Assembly: GCF_000181795.1 (NCBI RefSeq)
Contig: NW_003526941.1
Span: forward strand, 5,495,053 to 5,559,052
Direction: 5' to 3'
DNA: 64,000 bases
Origin: Trichinella spiralis
Taxonomy: Eukaryota
Shown: positions 62,963 through 64,000 of the stretch, piece by piece
Layout: every line of letters starts with the position of its first letter
How positions within the stretch are numbered: position 1 is the stretch's first letter
The notes under the pieces: generated by a model
Database searches by the model: none
The model's input: the letters and a program-made list of their open reading frames with translations, nothing else
What the model was told of the DNA's origin: nothing
Program-made: the position numbers and the translations under genes

Positions 62963-64000
62963 ATGTCATTTCCAACTATTTCGTCGAGTTCTTTTTACGG
63001 ACAGCGCCCCAAAGCACCATCCAATGGCTTGTTGCAGCGCATTGAAGACAGTGTAAAAAAGTTCAAAGAGCATCCACTTGTATCTCCGCGTCGGTGCTCG
63101 TTGCACGATGACAAATATTGCTGGAAAATATTTCGACGTCAAAACGAAGCTCTCACTTATTTGAAATCATGCTCCAGTAGTGAACCGTTGAAATTGTTCT
63201 GTTTCGAATCGATTTCCATGCCTGCAGGCTGTCGTACCTTTCTCATCTCAACTGTTAGTCATTTTTGGAATGTGTACAAGAACCTTCCTGAATTCGGGCG
63301 TCACTGTTACGAGGTGATTCGTGAAGCTACCCGTTGTCGATTGTACTTTGATTTGGAATTCTATTTCAACTCGAATCCAAGCCACAATGGTGAGCAGTGT
63401 GTTCAAATGTGAGTGGAATTGTGAAAATTTGTTTTTATTCTTTATAAAAGTCTATTCCACACGAAAAATTAATGCTTACGTTGAAATTATGAAAATCGAA
63501 CTCTGAAACTTTTCAAATATACATATGTCTGTATACTGTCTTTTTTTAATTTTGAAATAATACTTGATTTCTGCGTTTTACTGACAAATGTACAGTATGT
63601 CTTCTTGTACTGTCGAAGGGAAGAATAATAATCAAGTTTAATTGTGTTTTTGTAAATTTATTTACTGTAAAGTTGAAATTAATTTATTTCAATTTTAGAT
63701 TTGTTTCTTTTTTATGTGAAAGAATTCACGAATCGTTTGGCATTGAATGTACGTACAGCTGTATAGTGGATTTGGATGCCAGTACGGAAAAGAAGTTCAG
63801 TCGTCATTTGATAGTGCATTTGCCCGAAAATGCGGTATTTGAAGACAATTTGAGTGTGGGCAATTTTGTGAAAGATCTCTGCGCCCGTTTGAAATCCATG
63901 TCCACAGAAGAACGTCGTGATCGTTCTCTGGAACAGTTGTTCGTAATCAACGACGACGGGCAGGAGACGTTGATCTGCGATCTGGGCGTTTACACGAGAA
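62963..64000 (+). CDS. PRIMPOL: DNA-directed primase/polymerase (archaeo-eukaryotic primase family), 5' part; runs off the window end
   Basis: WKIFRRQNEA, RHCYEVIRE..CRLYFDLEF (motif I DxE), LDASTEKKFSRHLI (motif II SxH), FEDN..VGNFV, CDLGVYTR (motif III). Intron about 63409-63699. Confidence 0.95.

Overview
AT-rich, intron-dense eukaryotic genomic DNA with short GT-AG introns and frequent (T)TTTCAG acceptors. Gene content and style suggest a clade I nematode (Trichinella-like); this is an inference. About 17 protein-coding genes can be assembled by hand: an F-box gene (present twice because a ~4.5 kb block recurs at 1-4468 and 52889-57419), NAXD, an unusually short hemicentin-like gene (vWA + only 4 Ig + RGD-bearing tail) with a nested antisense gene made of tandem ADAM10/17-like Cys-rich modules, a multi-pass membrane protein, SURF1, a secreted Pro/Gln-rich orphan, a PUMA/EGL-1-like BH3-only candidate, DPH2, a secreted Cys-repeat protein, glycogenin, ITM2/BRICHOS, a CLIC, TAF10, CSN2, MOB3 and the 5' part of PrimPol. 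There are two assembly gaps. No tRNA, rRNA, CRISPR array or recognisable transposon was seen. The most notable items are the mini-hemicentin with its nested protease-less ADAM-like gene, the BH3-only gene surrounded by CACCTG boxes, a PxIxIT-bearing alternative first exon of the F-box gene, PrimPol retention and the direct repeat bracketing ~48 kb. Gene models are manual and family assignments rest on remembered motifs, not on searches.
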